Of a stretch of DNA of 64,000 nucleotides, positions 63,969-64,000 are shown piece after piece. Position 1 is the first letter of the stretch; the number at the start of each line of letters is the position of its first letter. The position numbers were made by a program, and so were the translations under genes. The DNA comes from Cenococcum geophilum (Eukaryota), in NCBI GenBank assembly GCA_050273025.1, contig CP158635.1, forward strand, positions 4,898,001 to 4,962,000, in the 5' to 3' direction. The notes under the pieces were generated by a model. The model saw only the letters and a list, made by a program, of their open reading frames with translations. It made no database searches and was not told where the DNA came from.

Positions 63969-64000
63969 CTAGGGCGGCTTGAGTTGAGGATGGCTTGGTG

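Overview
Filamentous-ascomycete (Pezizomycotina-type) genomic DNA. About 60 of the 64 kb is an AT-rich nest of transposons degraded by repeat-induced point mutation (RIP: CpA>TpA / TpG>TpA, TAA/TAG everywhere, so almost all ORF-track calls are noise). Boundaries and target-site duplications (TSDs) can still be read by eye: four Ty3/Gypsy elements, three Copia elements of GalEa type, one Tad1-like LINE, Tc1/mariner DD34E elements, a hAT remnant, solo LTRs and a MITE. Host genes are an intact two-exon BTB/POZ gene, a hAT-truncated gene fragment and the 3' three exons of an FAD-dependent monooxygenase at the right edge. The top finding is a 1.0-kb apparently non-coding retroposon (58377-59387, minus strand, 15-16 bp TSD). 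It begins exactly with a complete HDV-like self-cleaving ribozyme fold, whose helices are restored by reverting RIP mutations, and ends with a Tad1-LINE-like 3' end and (ATT)n tail. Second is a 1.9-kb GC-rich, barely RIPped non-autonomous TIR element (CATCAGCA ends, 2-bp TSD, palindromic TCCTGWCAGGA arrays). All calls are by inspection; no database search was run.
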